57,714 nucleotides of DNA, taken from Pseudomonadota bacterium. GTDB taxonomy: Bacteria > Pseudomonadota > Gammaproteobacteria > Steroidobacterales > Steroidobacteraceae. Below the pieces are notes generated by a model. It did not search any database. It was not told the DNA's origin and saw nothing but the letters and a program-made list of their open reading frames with translations. The position numbers and the translations under genes are program-made. The stretch lies in NCBI GenBank assembly GCA_021809525.1, contig JAKAYU010000001.1:1-57714 (forward strand), in the 5' to 3' direction. Shown here in pieces: positions 27,921 through 37,223 of the stretch. Numbering within the stretch: position 1 is the first letter of the stretch; each line of letters begins with the position of its first letter.

Positions 27921-28937
27921 ATGGCGCAGATGAACATGGTGCAGGCGATCAACTCCGCGCTCGATGTCATGCTCGGGCGCGATCCGCGCGTGGTGGTGTT
28001 CGGCGAGGACGTCGGCTATTTCGGCGGTGTGTTCCGCTGCACCGACGGCCTGCAGCGCAAGTACGGCGAGCACCGTGTGCTCGACACGCCGATTGCCGAA
28101 GGCGGCATCGTCGCCACGGCGATCGGCATGGGCGTCAACGGACTGCGTCCGGTGGCCGAGATCCAGTTCGCCGATTACATCTATCCGGCGTTCGACCAGA
28201 TCGTCAGTGAGCTGGCGCGCTTGCGTTACCGCACGGCCGGCGACTACAGCGCGCCCGTCACCATCCGCACTCCCTGCGGCGGGGGTATCCGCGGCGGGCA
28301 GACCCATTCGCAGAGCCCCGAGGGTGTCTTCACGCACGTCTGCGGCATCAAGGTCGTCATGCCCTCCAATCCGTACGATGCCAAGGGGTTGCTGATCAGC
28401 TCCATCGAGGATGAGGACCCGGTGGTGTTCTTCGAGCCGAAGCGCATCTACAACGGCCCGTTTGACGGCGACCCGCACAAGCCGGCCGTGCCCTGGAGCA
28501 CTCATCCGAAGGGCGAGGTTCCCGAGGGCCACTACGCCATTCCCATCGGCAAGGCGGAAATCGTCCGCCCCGGCAAGGACGTCACCATCCTCACGTACGG
28601 CACGATGGTGCACGTGGCCGAGGCGGCCGTGCAGCTTGCCGGCGTCGATGCGGAGATCGTCGACGTGCGCACCATGGTACCGCTCGACGTCGATACGCTG
28701 TGCACGTCGGTGTGCAAGACCGGCCGGTGCGTCATCGTTCACGAAGCGACGCGCTTCAGCGGCTTCGGCGCGGAGTTGTCGGCGACCGTGCAGGAGGAGT
28801 GCTTCTGGCACCTGGAGGCGCCGATCCAGCGCGTAACCGGCTGGGATACCCCGTACCCGCATGCGTTCGAATGGGATTATTTCCCGGGACCGGCGCGCAT
28901 CGTCGCGGCGTTGCGCGGTGTGATGGAGGCGCGATGA
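27921..28937 (+). CDS. bkdA2: branched-chain 2-oxoacid dehydrogenase E1 beta subunit
   Basis: 'MNMVQAINSALDVML', 'VVFGEDVGYFGGVFRCT', 'RVLDTPIAEGGIV' and 'AEIQFADYIYPAFDQI'. It starts 4 nt after E1 alpha. Confidence 0.92.
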   Translation: MAQMNMVQAINSALDVMLGRDPRVVVFGEDVGYFGGVFRCTDGLQRKYGEHRVLDTPIAEGGIVATAIGMGVNGLRPVAEIQFADYIYPAFDQIVSELARLRYRTAGDYSAPVTIRTPCGGGIRGGQTHSQSPEGVFTHVCGIKVVMPSNPYDAKGLLISSIEDEDPVVFFEPKRIYNGPFDGDPHKPAVPWSTHPKGEVPEGHYAIPIGKAEIVRPGKDVTILTYGTMVHVAEAAVQLAGVDAEIVDVRTMVPLDVDTLCTSVCKTGRCVIVHEATRFSGFGAELSATVQEECFWHLEAPIQRVTGWDTPYPHAFEWDYFPGPARIVAALRGVMEAR

Positions 28938-30181
28938 GCCGCTACGTCTTCAAGCTCCCCGATCTGGGCGAAGGGACGGTCTCGGCCGAGATCGTCGGCT
29001 GGCACGTCAAGCCCGGCGATACGGTCGAGGAAGAGCAAGTGCTGGTCGAGGTCATGACCGAGAAGGCCGCGGTCGAGGTTCCCTCGCCGGTGGGCGGAAC
29101 GGTGCTCTCCACCACCGGAGAGCCGGGCGACATGGTGGCCGTCGGCGCCGAGCTGATCGTGTTCGAGACCGGCTCCGGCAAGGCCCACGAGGCAGCCGAG
29201 GCGCCACAGGCCGGCAAGACCCCGCGCCCGCCCGCCGAATCGCCCCGCGGCGACGCGGCTGAAGCGCCGCCCGTCGCTGCGCGTGGCCGGGTGATGACTT
29301 CGCCCGCGAACCGCCGCCGCGCCCACGAGGCCGGAGTTGACCTCGCACAGGTGCACGGCAGCGGTCCCCAGGGGCGGATCCTGCGCGAGGATCTGGAGGC
29401 GTATCTGCGCGGCGAGCGGCGGGGCGCAGCGGCTGCGTCCCGCGCTCGTCCCGCCGCTGCTGCGCCGCAGGGGCCGCAGCGTGAGGAGATCAAGGTCATC
29501 GGCCTGCGCCGGCTGATCGCGCAGCGCTTGAGCGAGAGCAAGCGCAACATCCCGCACTTCTCCTACGTCGAGGAGGTGGATGTCACGGAGCTCGAGGCGC
29601 TGCGCCGGCACCTGAACAGCCGCCTCGGCGCCGGTGAACCGGCCCTGACCTATCTGCCGTTTCTGGTGCTCGCGCTGGTGCGCGTGCTCGAGGATTTCCC
29701 CCAGTGCAACGCGCACTACGACGCCGAGCGCGGCGTGATCATCCGCCACCGCTCGGTGCACGTGGGCGTCGCAACGCAGACGCCCGATGGCCTGAAGGTG
29801 CCGGTGGTGCGCGAGGCGCAGCAGCTCTCGCTGTGGGAGATCGCCGCCGAGATGCGCCGCGTGACCGAAGCGGCGCGGCTCAACAAGGCGACCCGCGAGG
29901 AGCTCTCCGGCTCGACCATCACTCTGACCAGTCTCGGCAAGCTCGGCGGCATCGTCAGCACGCCGATCATCAATGCCCCCGAGGTGGCCATCATCGGAGT
30001 CAACCGCGCGCTCGAGCGGCCAGTCGTGGTGGAAGGAGCGGTGATGGTGCGGCGCATGATGAACCTGTCCTCATCGTTCGATCACCGCTTCGTCGACGGT
30101 TACGATGCGGCCGCGATGATCCAGGCCATGAAGGAGCGCATCGAGCATCCGGCCATGATCTTCCTGCGCGAGCCAGACTGA
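28934..30181 (+). CDS. bkdB: dihydrolipoyl (branched-chain) transacylase E2
   Basis: Lipoyl domain 'FKLPDLGEGTVSAEIVGWHVKPGD...VMTEKAAVEV', a peripheral subunit-binding domain, and the catalytic 'SSSFDHRFVDGYDAA'. Its ATG overlaps the E1 beta stop (ATGA). Confidence 0.92.
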   Translation: MSRYVFKLPDLGEGTVSAEIVGWHVKPGDTVEEEQVLVEVMTEKAAVEVPSPVGGTVLSTTGEPGDMVAVGAELIVFETGSGKAHEAAEAPQAGKTPRPPAESPRGDAAEAPPVAARGRVMTSPANRRRAHEAGVDLAQVHGSGPQGRILREDLEAYLRGERRGAAAASRARPAAAAPQGPQREEIKVIGLRRLIAQRLSESKRNIPHFSYVEEVDVTELEALRRHLNSRLGAGEPALTYLPFLVLALVRVLEDFPQCNAHYDAERGVIIRHRSVHVGVATQTPDGLKVPVVREAQQLSLWEIAAEMRRVTEAARLNKATREELSGSTITLTSLGKLGGIVSTPIINAPEVAIIGVNRALERPVVVEGAVMVRRMMNLSSSFDHRFVDGYDAAAMIQAMKERIEHPAMIFLREPD

Positions 30182-31732
30182 TCAGCGCGCCGTCCCGAGG
30201 ATCTCGGACCGCACCTCGTCGATCTCCCGAGCCCGCGAAGGGCGGGCCTTGGCGCCCGCGCAGCGCTCGGGCCGCGGACAGCGCGAGCTGCGCGGGCAGA
30301 TGATGCGCGCCGGCCGCTCGAGCGCCGAATCGATCCACGCGATATTCAGTACGTTGGCGATGGCCTGCAGGGCCGCCTTTGCGGCCTTCGGCGGTCGCGC
30401 CTCGCCGCCGCCGCGCACGCATTCGGCCAGAATCGCGGCGCTGAGCGCGCCGCTCGATGCCCCGTTCGCATCGAGCGCCGGTGCAAGATCGACGCCCACC
30501 GACAGCACGTGCGGATTGCCCGCCATGTCGCGCACCCGGCGCGAGTGGCAGCAATACAGCAGCGAGCGCTCGCCATCGCGCAGCACCGAGATCTGCGAGC
30601 CGCTGTCGCGGTCGCTGCCCAGCATGCGAAACACCGCCCAGTTCGGGCACGGGTCGCTCACCTGCGCGAGGTTGCCCCAGGGCAGCGGAATCCCGTTGCC
30701 GCGGTACACGGCGCGCAGATAGCCGGGCGGATAGGCATCGAAGAAGTGCCAGTACGGGTACGGGGACACCTTGGTCATGCGGCGCATGATCACCGCCGGG
30801 GTGAGCTCGAGCCGGGCGCCGGACTCGACCCGGTAGCGCTCGCGTGCCAGGAAGCGGCGAAACGGCACTCTGGGTGCGAGCAGCGCGCCGGCGAAGAAGC
30901 TGCACTCGAAATCCCGCCACGCGTGCAGCACGTCCTCGGCGTTCATGCCCGCCGCCGAGACGCCCTCGGGGCTGCCGCCCATCTCCCCGCCGGTGGCGTG
31001 CGCGGACTTCAGGCCATCACCGCCGTGCAGCACCTTGTGGGCGATGTGCGCGGCGAGATCGAACTTCAGACGCGCCGGGTCCGACTGCAGCGCGCGGTTG
31101 GCGTAGATGTGGCGCGGGGGCTCGAAAAACGAGCGCACCATGCTGCGTACTTCGCGGTCCTTGTCGTGTGCTAGCAGCGGCTTGCGCTCGAACCAGCGGA
31201 TCTCCAGGCCGTGCCGCCGCGTCAGGCGCAGCAGATCCTCCACCCCGAGCGGAAACTTCCGTTCGCCCACCTCTTCGGCGGCGCGCTCGAGGTCGGGAAA
31301 GTCGTTGCGCGAGAATTCCTGGTGCGTGCGGATCAGCAGGTGCGCGAACTGCCGGCCGCTGGTGCCGGTCTGCTGCAGCAGCTCGGGGATCGCCGCCTGC
31401 AGCACTTCCTTGGAGAAGAGAAACGCCGGTTCGAGCGGCACCTTCGCTGCGCCTCCGGCGGGCGCCGACACCGCGCCGAGCTCGGTGCCGCCGCTTTCGT
31501 CCAGAAACCAACTCGGGTCGCGCTGAAAGACCTGCGCCAGCAGCTCGAGCAGCTCGCTCGATGGGACGCGCTTGCCGCTCTCGATCATGCTCAGATAGGA
31601 CACCGAGGGCGCCCGCGCCGCGTCGCGCTGGATGCAGCGCGTGGAAAGCTCCTCGAGCGTCAGACCGTTGCGCTTGCGCAGCTCGCGCAGCTTTGCTCCG
31701 AGGAAATGGCCTTTGCGCAGAAGTGGCGGCAT
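30182..31732 (-). CDS. RamB/PrpR (ScfR, short-chain fatty acyl-CoA regulator) family transcriptional regulator: XRE HTH plus DUF955-like plus DUF2083-like regions
   Basis: N-terminal HTH 'LGAKLRELRKRNGLTLEELSTRC...SYLSMIESGKRVPSSELL', a long C-terminal domain, and a C-terminal Cys cluster 'CPRSSRCPRPERC'. It is divergent from aceB-aceA. Confidence 0.75.
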   Translation of the reverse strand: MPPLLRKGHFLGAKLRELRKRNGLTLEELSTRCIQRDAARAPSVSYLSMIESGKRVPSSELLELLAQVFQRDPSWFLDESGGTELGAVSAPAGGAAKVPLEPAFLFSKEVLQAAIPELLQQTGTSGRQFAHLLIRTHQEFSRNDFPDLERAAEEVGERKFPLGVEDLLRLTRRHGLEIRWFERKPLLAHDKDREVRSMVRSFFEPPRHIYANRALQSDPARLKFDLAAHIAHKVLHGGDGLKSAHATGGEMGGSPEGVSAAGMNAEDVLHAWRDFECSFFAGALLAPRVPFRRFLARERYRVESGARLELTPAVIMRRMTKVSPYPYWHFFDAYPPGYLRAVYRGNGIPLPWGNLAQVSDPCPNWAVFRMLGSDRDSGSQISVLRDGERSLLYCCHSRRVRDMAGNPHVLSVGVDLAPALDANGASSGALSAAILAECVRGGGEARPPKAAKAALQAIANVLNIAWIDSALERPARIICPRSSRCPRPERCAGAKARPSRAREIDEVRSEILGTAR

Positions 31733-31824
31733 GGGGGCACCTTGGCACGATGGGACGGTTCCGGCTCGCTGTGAAATTAACAATGTGAAGTTTCCATAGT
31801 CAAATTATTCACGCGACCGGGTTT

Positions 31825-33474
31825 ATGCTCGGTCCCATGAACACCAACAGCGCAACCCTCGCCCCGTCCGCCGCGCGTGCGGCCACCCCCACGGTCACGC
31901 CCGCGGTCCTCCTCGCCCCCGCCGCCATCGAACGCTCCGCCGAGGTGCTCACGCCGAGCGCTCTGGAGCTGCTCGCGCGGCTGCACCGGCGGTTCAATCC
32001 GCGGCGGCTCGAGCTGCTCGCCGCGCGGGCGCGGCGCCAACGGGAGTTCGACAGCGGCGTGCTGCCGGACTTCCTGCCGCAGACCGCCGAGGTGCGCCGC
32101 GGGGACTGGCGCGTCGCGCCGGTGCCCGCGGATCTCCTTGACCGGCGTGTCGAGATCACCGGTCCTGTCGACCGCAAGATGATCATCAATGCGCTGAACG
32201 CGCCGGTGTGCGCATTCATGGCCGACTTCGAGGACTCCTGCAGCCCCACTTGGCAGAACCTGGTGCAGGGGCAGATCAACCTGGCCGATGCGATCGACGG
32301 CACCATCACCCATGTCGATCCGGCGAGCGGGAAGCTCTATCGCCTCGGGCCCCGGCGCGCGACCCTGATCGTGCGGCCGCGCGGCTGGCATCTGCCGGAG
32401 AAGCACGTGCGCGTGGACGGGGAGCCGGTTTCGGGGGCGTTGTTCGACGTCGCGCTGTACCTGGCACGCAACCACGAGGCGCTCGCGCGCGCCGGCACCG
32501 GACCGTACTTCTATCTGCCGAAGCTCGAGAGCCATCTGGAGGCGCGGCTGTGGAGCGAGGTGTTCGCCGCCGCCGAGGACGCGCTCGGGCTGAAGCGCGG
32601 CACCGTCCGGGTGACGGTGCTCATCGAGACGCTCCCGGCGGCGTTCGAGATGGACGAGATCCTCTTCGAGCTGCGCCCCTACGTCACGGGCCTGAACTGC
32701 GGCCGCTGGGATTACATCTTCAGCTTCATCAAGAAGCTGCGCAACCGCAGCGAGTTCGTGCTGCCGGACCGCGCCCAGGTGACCATGGAGCGGCACTTCC
32801 TGAAGTCCTACGTGGACCTGCTCATCCAGACCTGCCACCGCCGCGGCGCGTACGCCATGGGTGGCATGGCCGCACAGATTCCGGTGCGTGACAGCGCCGC
32901 CAATGCCGTGGCGATGGAGCGGGTGCGCGCCGACAAGCTGCGTGAGGCCCGCGCGGGCCACGATGGCACCTGGATCGCGCACCCGGCCCTGGCGCCGGTG
33001 GCGCGCGCAGCGTTCGATTCGGTGATGAGCGGTCCGAATCAGCTGCACGTGCAGCGCGCCGACGTCGCAGTGCGGCGCGAGGATCTGTTGCGCGTTCCCG
33101 GCGGAGGCATCACCGAGGAGGGGATCCGCAGCAATATCCGCGTGGGCGTGCAGTACCTCGAGGCATGGCTGCGCGGCAGTGGCTGCGTGCCGCTCTACAA
33201 CCTGATGGAGGACGCGGCCACCGCCGAGATCTGCCGGGCGCAGCTGTGGCAATGGCTGCATCACGGAGCCTGCAGCAGCGACGGCGAACAGGTGACGCCC
33301 GCTCGCATCGACCGCCTCTTCACCGAGGAGCTCGACCGTATCCACGATGAGGTCGGCTCCACGCGCCTGCTCGGTGGCGTGTTCCCGAGCGCCGCGCGAC
33401 TGATGGAGAGAATGATCAAACAGGACGTGTTCGACGAGTTTCTGACCTTACCCGCCTATGAACTGATCGACTGA
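31825..33474 (+). CDS. aceB: malate synthase A
   Basis: 'DRRVEITGPVDRKMIINALNAPVCAFMADFEDSCSPTW', 'GLNCGRWDYIFS', 'HDGTWIAHP'. An alternative start is ATG 31837. Confidence 0.93.
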   Translation: MLGPMNTNSATLAPSAARAATPTVTPAVLLAPAAIERSAEVLTPSALELLARLHRRFNPRRLELLAARARRQREFDSGVLPDFLPQTAEVRRGDWRVAPVPADLLDRRVEITGPVDRKMIINALNAPVCAFMADFEDSCSPTWQNLVQGQINLADAIDGTITHVDPASGKLYRLGPRRATLIVRPRGWHLPEKHVRVDGEPVSGALFDVALYLARNHEALARAGTGPYFYLPKLESHLEARLWSEVFAAAEDALGLKRGTVRVTVLIETLPAAFEMDEILFELRPYVTGLNCGRWDYIFSFIKKLRNRSEFVLPDRAQVTMERHFLKSYVDLLIQTCHRRGAYAMGGMAAQIPVRDSAANAVAMERVRADKLREARAGHDGTWIAHPALAPVARAAFDSVMSGPNQLHVQRADVAVRREDLLRVPGGGITEEGIRSNIRVGVQYLEAWLRGSGCVPLYNLMEDAATAEICRAQLWQWLHHGACSSDGEQVTPARIDRLFTEELDRIHDEVGSTRLLGGVFPSAARLMERMIKQDVFDEFLTLPAYELID

Positions 33475-33492
33475 CGGCTGGAGAACTCCACC

Positions 33493-34791
33493 ATGAAACC
33501 GAATGAACTGTTACCGAGCGCGCAAGAGCTGCGCCGGTCGTGGCAAGACTCTCCTCGCTGGCGAGGCATCGAGCGTGCCTACCAGCCTGAGGAGGTTGTG
33601 CGGCTGCGCGGCACCATCGCCGTCGAGCACTCGCTGGCGCGCCTGACCGCCACGAAGCTTTGGCGCATGCTCAACGAGCGGCCGTTCGTCAACGCCCTCG
33701 GGGCGCTCACCGGCAACCAGGCCATGCAGCAGGTGAAGGCCGGGCTCGAGGCGATCTACCTGTCCGGCTGGCAGGTGGCGGCCGATGCGAATCTCTCCGG
33801 GCAGATGTATCCGGACCAGTCGCTCTATCCGGCCGATTCCGTGCCGGCGGTGGTGCGGCGGATCAACGCGACTCTGCGCCGAGCCGATCAGATCCACCAT
33901 GCCGAGGGGGACGACAGCATCGACTGGCTCAAACCCATCGTCGCGGACGCCGAGGCGGGTTTCGGCGGGGTGCTCAACGCCTTCGAGCTGATGAAGCAGC
34001 TGATCGAGGCGGGCGCAGCCGGGGCGCATTTCGAGGACCAGCTCTCCTCGGCCAAGAAATGCGGCCACATGGGCGGCAAGGTGCTCGTGCCGACGCAGGA
34101 GGCGATCAACAAGCTTCTGGCCGCACGTCTGGCGGCCGACGTGTGCAACGTTCCGACGGTGATCATCGCGCGCACCGATGCGGAAGCCTCGAGTCTGCTC
34201 ACTTCGGACGTCGATGAGCGCGACCGGCCGTTCATAGACGCCGAGCGCGGGCGCACCGCCGAGGGCTTCTTTCACGTGCACGCCGGGTTGGCGCAGGCGA
34301 TTGCGCGCGCCTGCGCGTACGCGCCGTACGCCGACCTGCTGTGGTGCGAGACCGCCAAGCCCGATCTTGAGGAAGCGCGCCAGTTCGCCGAGGCTGTGCA
34401 CCGGCGCTATCCGGACAAGCTGCTCGCGTACAACTGCTCGCCGTCGTTCAATTGGCGGCGCAAGCTCGACGATGCGACCATCGAGCGTTTCCAGCGCGAG
34501 CTCGGGGCCATGGGCTATCGCTTCCAGTTCATTACCCTGGCAGGCTTCCACGCGCTGAACTTCTCGATGTTCCAGCTGGCCCGCGGCTACCGGGAGCGGC
34601 AGATGGCCGCCTACGTCGAGCTGCAGCAGGCCGAGTTCGATGCCGAGCAGTACGGCTACAGCGCCACGCGTCATCAGCGCGAAGTGGGCGCGGGGTACTT
34701 CGATGAGCTGACGCAGGCGATCACCGGCGGTACGTCCTCGCTCGGAGCGCTGGAGGGCAGCACGGAGGTGCAGCAGTTCGCGACGGCGTGA
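33493..34791 (+). CDS. aceA: isocitrate lyase
   Basis: Signature '[14 protein letters not shown]', plus '[11 protein letters not shown]' and 'ARTDAEAS'. 432 aa. Confidence 0.95.
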   Translation: MKPNELLPSAQELRRSWQDSPRWRGIERAYQPEEVVRLRGTIAVEHSLARLTATKLWRMLNERPFVNALGALTGNQAMQQVKAGLEAIYLSGWQVAADANLSGQMYPDQSLYPADSVPAVVRRINATLRRADQIHHAEGDDSIDWLKPIVADAEAGFGGVLNAFELMKQLIEAGAAGAHFEDQLSSAKKCGHMGGKVLVPTQEAINKLLAARLAADVCNVPTVIIARTDAEASSLLTSDVDERDRPFIDAERGRTAEGFFHVHAGLAQAIARACAYAPYADLLWCETAKPDLEEARQFAEAVHRRYPDKLLAYNCSPSFNWRRKLDDATIERFQRELGAMGYRFQFITLAGFHALNFSMFQLARGYRERQMAAYVELQQAEFDAEQYGYSATRHQREVGAGYFDELTQAITGGTSSLGALEGSTEVQQFATA

Positions 34792-34815
34792 GCGGCGTGC
34801 CGATATACTTCCGCA

Positions 34816-35424
34816 ATGAGTGTTGAGCGGCTGTTTCCGACGCTGATCTATTCACGGCGGCCAGCAGCCGCGGCCCGGCTCGGGCCGCGGCTGCTGCGTG
34901 AGTGCCGCCAGTTGCGCCTCGATGATGCCGCCGGACGGCGCTGGTCGGCGAAGAACTATCCGGGCGGGTACACCTCGTACGGCTCGGCGTGCCGCATGCA
35001 CCGGCTGTCCCCGACCTTCGCGGCGCTCGAGCGCGCAATCGATCCGCACGTGGCCGCGTTCGCCCGCGCGCTCGAGCTTGACCTCACCGGACGTGCGCTC
35101 GCCATGACCGATTGCTGGGTGAACATCATGCCGCGGGGCACGGTGCACGGTCTGCATCTGCATCCGCTCGCCACGATCAGCGGCACCTTTTATCTGAAGA
35201 CGCCGCGCGGCTGCGCGGCACTGAAACTGGAGGACCCGCGGCTCGATCGCATGATGGCCTCACCGCCGCGCCGGCGCGGGGCGAGCCGCGCCAACCGGCC
35301 GTGGGTCGAGATTCGCGCCACTGCCGGCAGCATCGTGCTGTTCGAGAGCTGGCTGCGCCACGAGGTCCCCGCGAACCCCGCCGGGGAGCGCATCAGCATC
35401 AGCTTCAACTACGGCTGGTTTTGA
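34816..35424 (+). CDS. TIGR02466-type putative 2OG-Fe(II) oxygenase (2OG-FeII_Oxy_5)
   Basis: 'WVNIMPRGTVHGLHLHPLATISGTFYL...LKLEDPR...GSIVLFESWLRHEV' fits the N-x-H-x-H-P...SG..Y / F.S...H pattern of this family. It lies 25 nt after aceA. Confidence 0.7.
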   Translation: MSVERLFPTLIYSRRPAAAARLGPRLLRECRQLRLDDAAGRRWSAKNYPGGYTSYGSACRMHRLSPTFAALERAIDPHVAAFARALELDLTGRALAMTDCWVNIMPRGTVHGLHLHPLATISGTFYLKTPRGCAALKLEDPRLDRMMASPPRRRGASRANRPWVEIRATAGSIVLFESWLRHEVPANPAGERISISFNYGWF

Positions 35425-35431
35425 GTAGCGC

Positions 35432-35454
35432 GGGGCGCGACCTGCGAGCGCCCC
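35432..35454. terminator. bidirectional hairpin between the convergent 2OG-oxygenase gene and slyD
   Basis: GGGGCGC / GCGCCCC 7-bp stem with a 9-nt loop, in a 36-nt convergent gap. No U-tract. Confidence 0.45.
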
Positions 35455-35460
35455 TGCGCG

Positions 35461-35946
35461 TCAGTGATGGTGATGTCCGTCGGGCCCGTGCACGTGCCCG
35501 TGCGCCAGCTCCTCTTCGGTCGCCGGCCGCACCTCCTCGATACGCACGTCGAAGTGCAGGCTCTTGCCGGCCAGCGGATGGTTCCCGTCCAAGGTCACCA
35601 TGTCGCCGATGACCTTGGTCACCGTGACCGCACGGGTGCCCTGCGGGGTCTGCGCATGCAGGCGCATTCCCGTCTTGATGTCCTTGATGCCGCGCAGGGC
35701 GCGCCGCGGCACGCTCTGCAGAAGCTGCTCTTCGTACTCGCCGTAGGCCTCGGCCGGCGGCACCGTGACGCTGAGCGTCTCCCCGGCGCTCTTGCCGGTG
35801 AGCTCCTTCTCGAGTCCCGGGATGATGTTGCCGTGGCCGTGCAGGTAGGCGAGCGGCTCACCCGGCTCGGAGCGATCGAGCACCGTGCCGGCGTCGTCCG
35901 TGAGCGTGTAGTGGATCGTGACGACGGAATCTGTGCCAATGGCCAT
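35461..35946 (-). CDS. slyD: FKBP-type peptidyl-prolyl isomerase/metallochaperone SlyD with a His-rich tail
   Basis: 'VVTIHYTLTDDAGTVLD', 'YLHGHGNIIPGLEKEL', 'GNHPLAGKSLHFDVRIEEVR', C-terminal 'HGHVHGPDGHHHH'. GGAG lies 6 nt before ATG 35946. Confidence 0.92.
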   Translation of the reverse strand: MAIGTDSVVTIHYTLTDDAGTVLDRSEPGEPLAYLHGHGNIIPGLEKELTGKSAGETLSVTVPPAEAYGEYEEQLLQSVPRRALRGIKDIKTGMRLHAQTPQGTRAVTVTKVIGDMVTLDGNHPLAGKSLHFDVRIEEVRPATEEELAHGHVHGPDGHHHH

Positions 35947-36273
35947 CAAGGGCTCCAGGGGGTCGGGTGGGGGCTGAGGGAGGGCATCTGCGCCGATGCG
36001 GCCGGGATTGTACCCGGGCCTGTGATGCCCGTCACGCCGCGCCGGGGCGCTCTCCCGAAAGGAATACCCGCGCTGCCCCCGCGCAGGTTATGTGTCGTCA
36101 CCTCGCCATGGACATGTCGCAGCACCAGCACATCCCTAGACTTGCGCGCGTTGGTTGACCCAAAGGAAGAACATCATGGTTATCGCCGTTTCCCAGCTCG
36201 TCCTCGCCCTCGCACTGCTCGTTGGCTTCTCGATCGAGACCATCCTCTCGCGGCGGGGCTGATCGGAACCACT

Positions 36274-36291
36274 GCGCGCGCGGGCGCGCGC
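36274..36291. terminator. GC hairpin just downstream of the prpB stop
   Basis: GCGCGCG / CGCGCGC 7-bp stem with a 4-nt loop, 9 nt from the prpB stop codon. No U-tract. Confidence 0.4.
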
Positions 36292-36299
36292 TCACCCGT

Positions 36300-37223
36300 T
36301 CACTGCTGCGGGACCACGCTCTTGACGATCGAGGCATCGAGCGCCTCGTACTCCCCGTACGCGATCGTCTCGTAGAGCTCCTGGCGAGTCTGCATCTCGC
36401 CGATGAGGCTGCGCGGCCCGCCCTCGCGCGCGATTGCGGCGTACAGCCGCTCGTGCGCCTGGGCGGCGATGCGCAGGGCGCTCACCGGCCAGATCACCAT
36501 CCGATAGCCGAGCGCGCGGAATTCCTCGGCCGTGAAGTAGGGCGTGCGGCCGAATTCGGTCATGTTCGCGAGCAGCGGCGCCTCGATGCGCCGGGCAAAC
36601 TCACGGAACATGTCCGCAGTGGTGAGCGCCTCGGGGAATATGGCGTCGGCTCCGGCATCCAGATAGCGCCGCGCGCGCTCCACCGCCCCGTCGAGTCCCT
36701 CGCTCGCCGCCGCATCCGTGCGCGCGATGATGTACAGGTGCCGCCGGGCGCGCGCCGCCGCGGCGATCTTGGCCGCCATGTCCCCGACCGGGATCAGCTT
36801 CTTGTCGTTCAGATGGCCGCATTTTTTCGGCAGCACCTGATCTTCGATGTGCACAGCCGCGGCGCCCGCATCCTCGAACGCGCGCACCATGTGCATCACG
36901 TTCAGCGCCTCTCCGTAGCCGGTATCGCCATCGACGAGCACCGGCAGCCCCGAGGCGCGGCTCACCTGGCGGATGAACACGCACACGTCCTCCACGGTGA
37001 GAATGCCGAGGTCGGGCAGTCCCATCGAGGCGCTCATCGCCGCACCGGACAGGTACAGCGCCTCGAAGCCGGCGCGCTTGGCCTGTAGCGCCGCGAGTCC
37101 GTTGTACGCTCCGGGGATGGGCAGGATCGGCCCGCGGCGCACCAGTTGTGCGAAGCGCGCGCCGGCCGGTTCAACAGGCAGATCCGCGCCAATCAGATAC
37201 GTGCTCACGGGCTTGCCCCTCAA
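36300..37223 (-). CDS. prpB: 2-methylisocitrate lyase
   Basis: '[25 protein letters not shown]', 'VDGDTGYG', '[19 protein letters not shown]', 'ARTDA'. An alternative GTG start at 37208 has GAGGGG upstream. Confidence 0.92.
   Translation of the reverse strand: MRGKPVSTYLIGADLPVEPAGARFAQLVRRGPILPIPGAYNGLAALQAKRAGFEALYLSGAAMSASMGLPDLGILTVEDVCVFIRQVSRASGLPVLVDGDTGYGEALNVMHMVRAFEDAGAAAVHIEDQVLPKKCGHLNDKKLIPVGDMAAKIAAAARARRHLYIIARTDAAASEGLDGAVERARRYLDAGADAIFPEALTTADMFREFARRIEAPLLANMTEFGRTPYFTAEEFRALGYRMVIWPVSALRIAAQAHERLYAAIAREGGPRSLIGEMQTRQELYETIAYGEYEALDASIVKSVVPQQ

Noticed and set aside
31742-31760. Sigma-54-like -24 element TTGGCACGA upstream of aceB.
   Set aside because: The -12 position reads GACGG rather than TTGC(A/T), so there is no correctly spaced GC dinucleotide.
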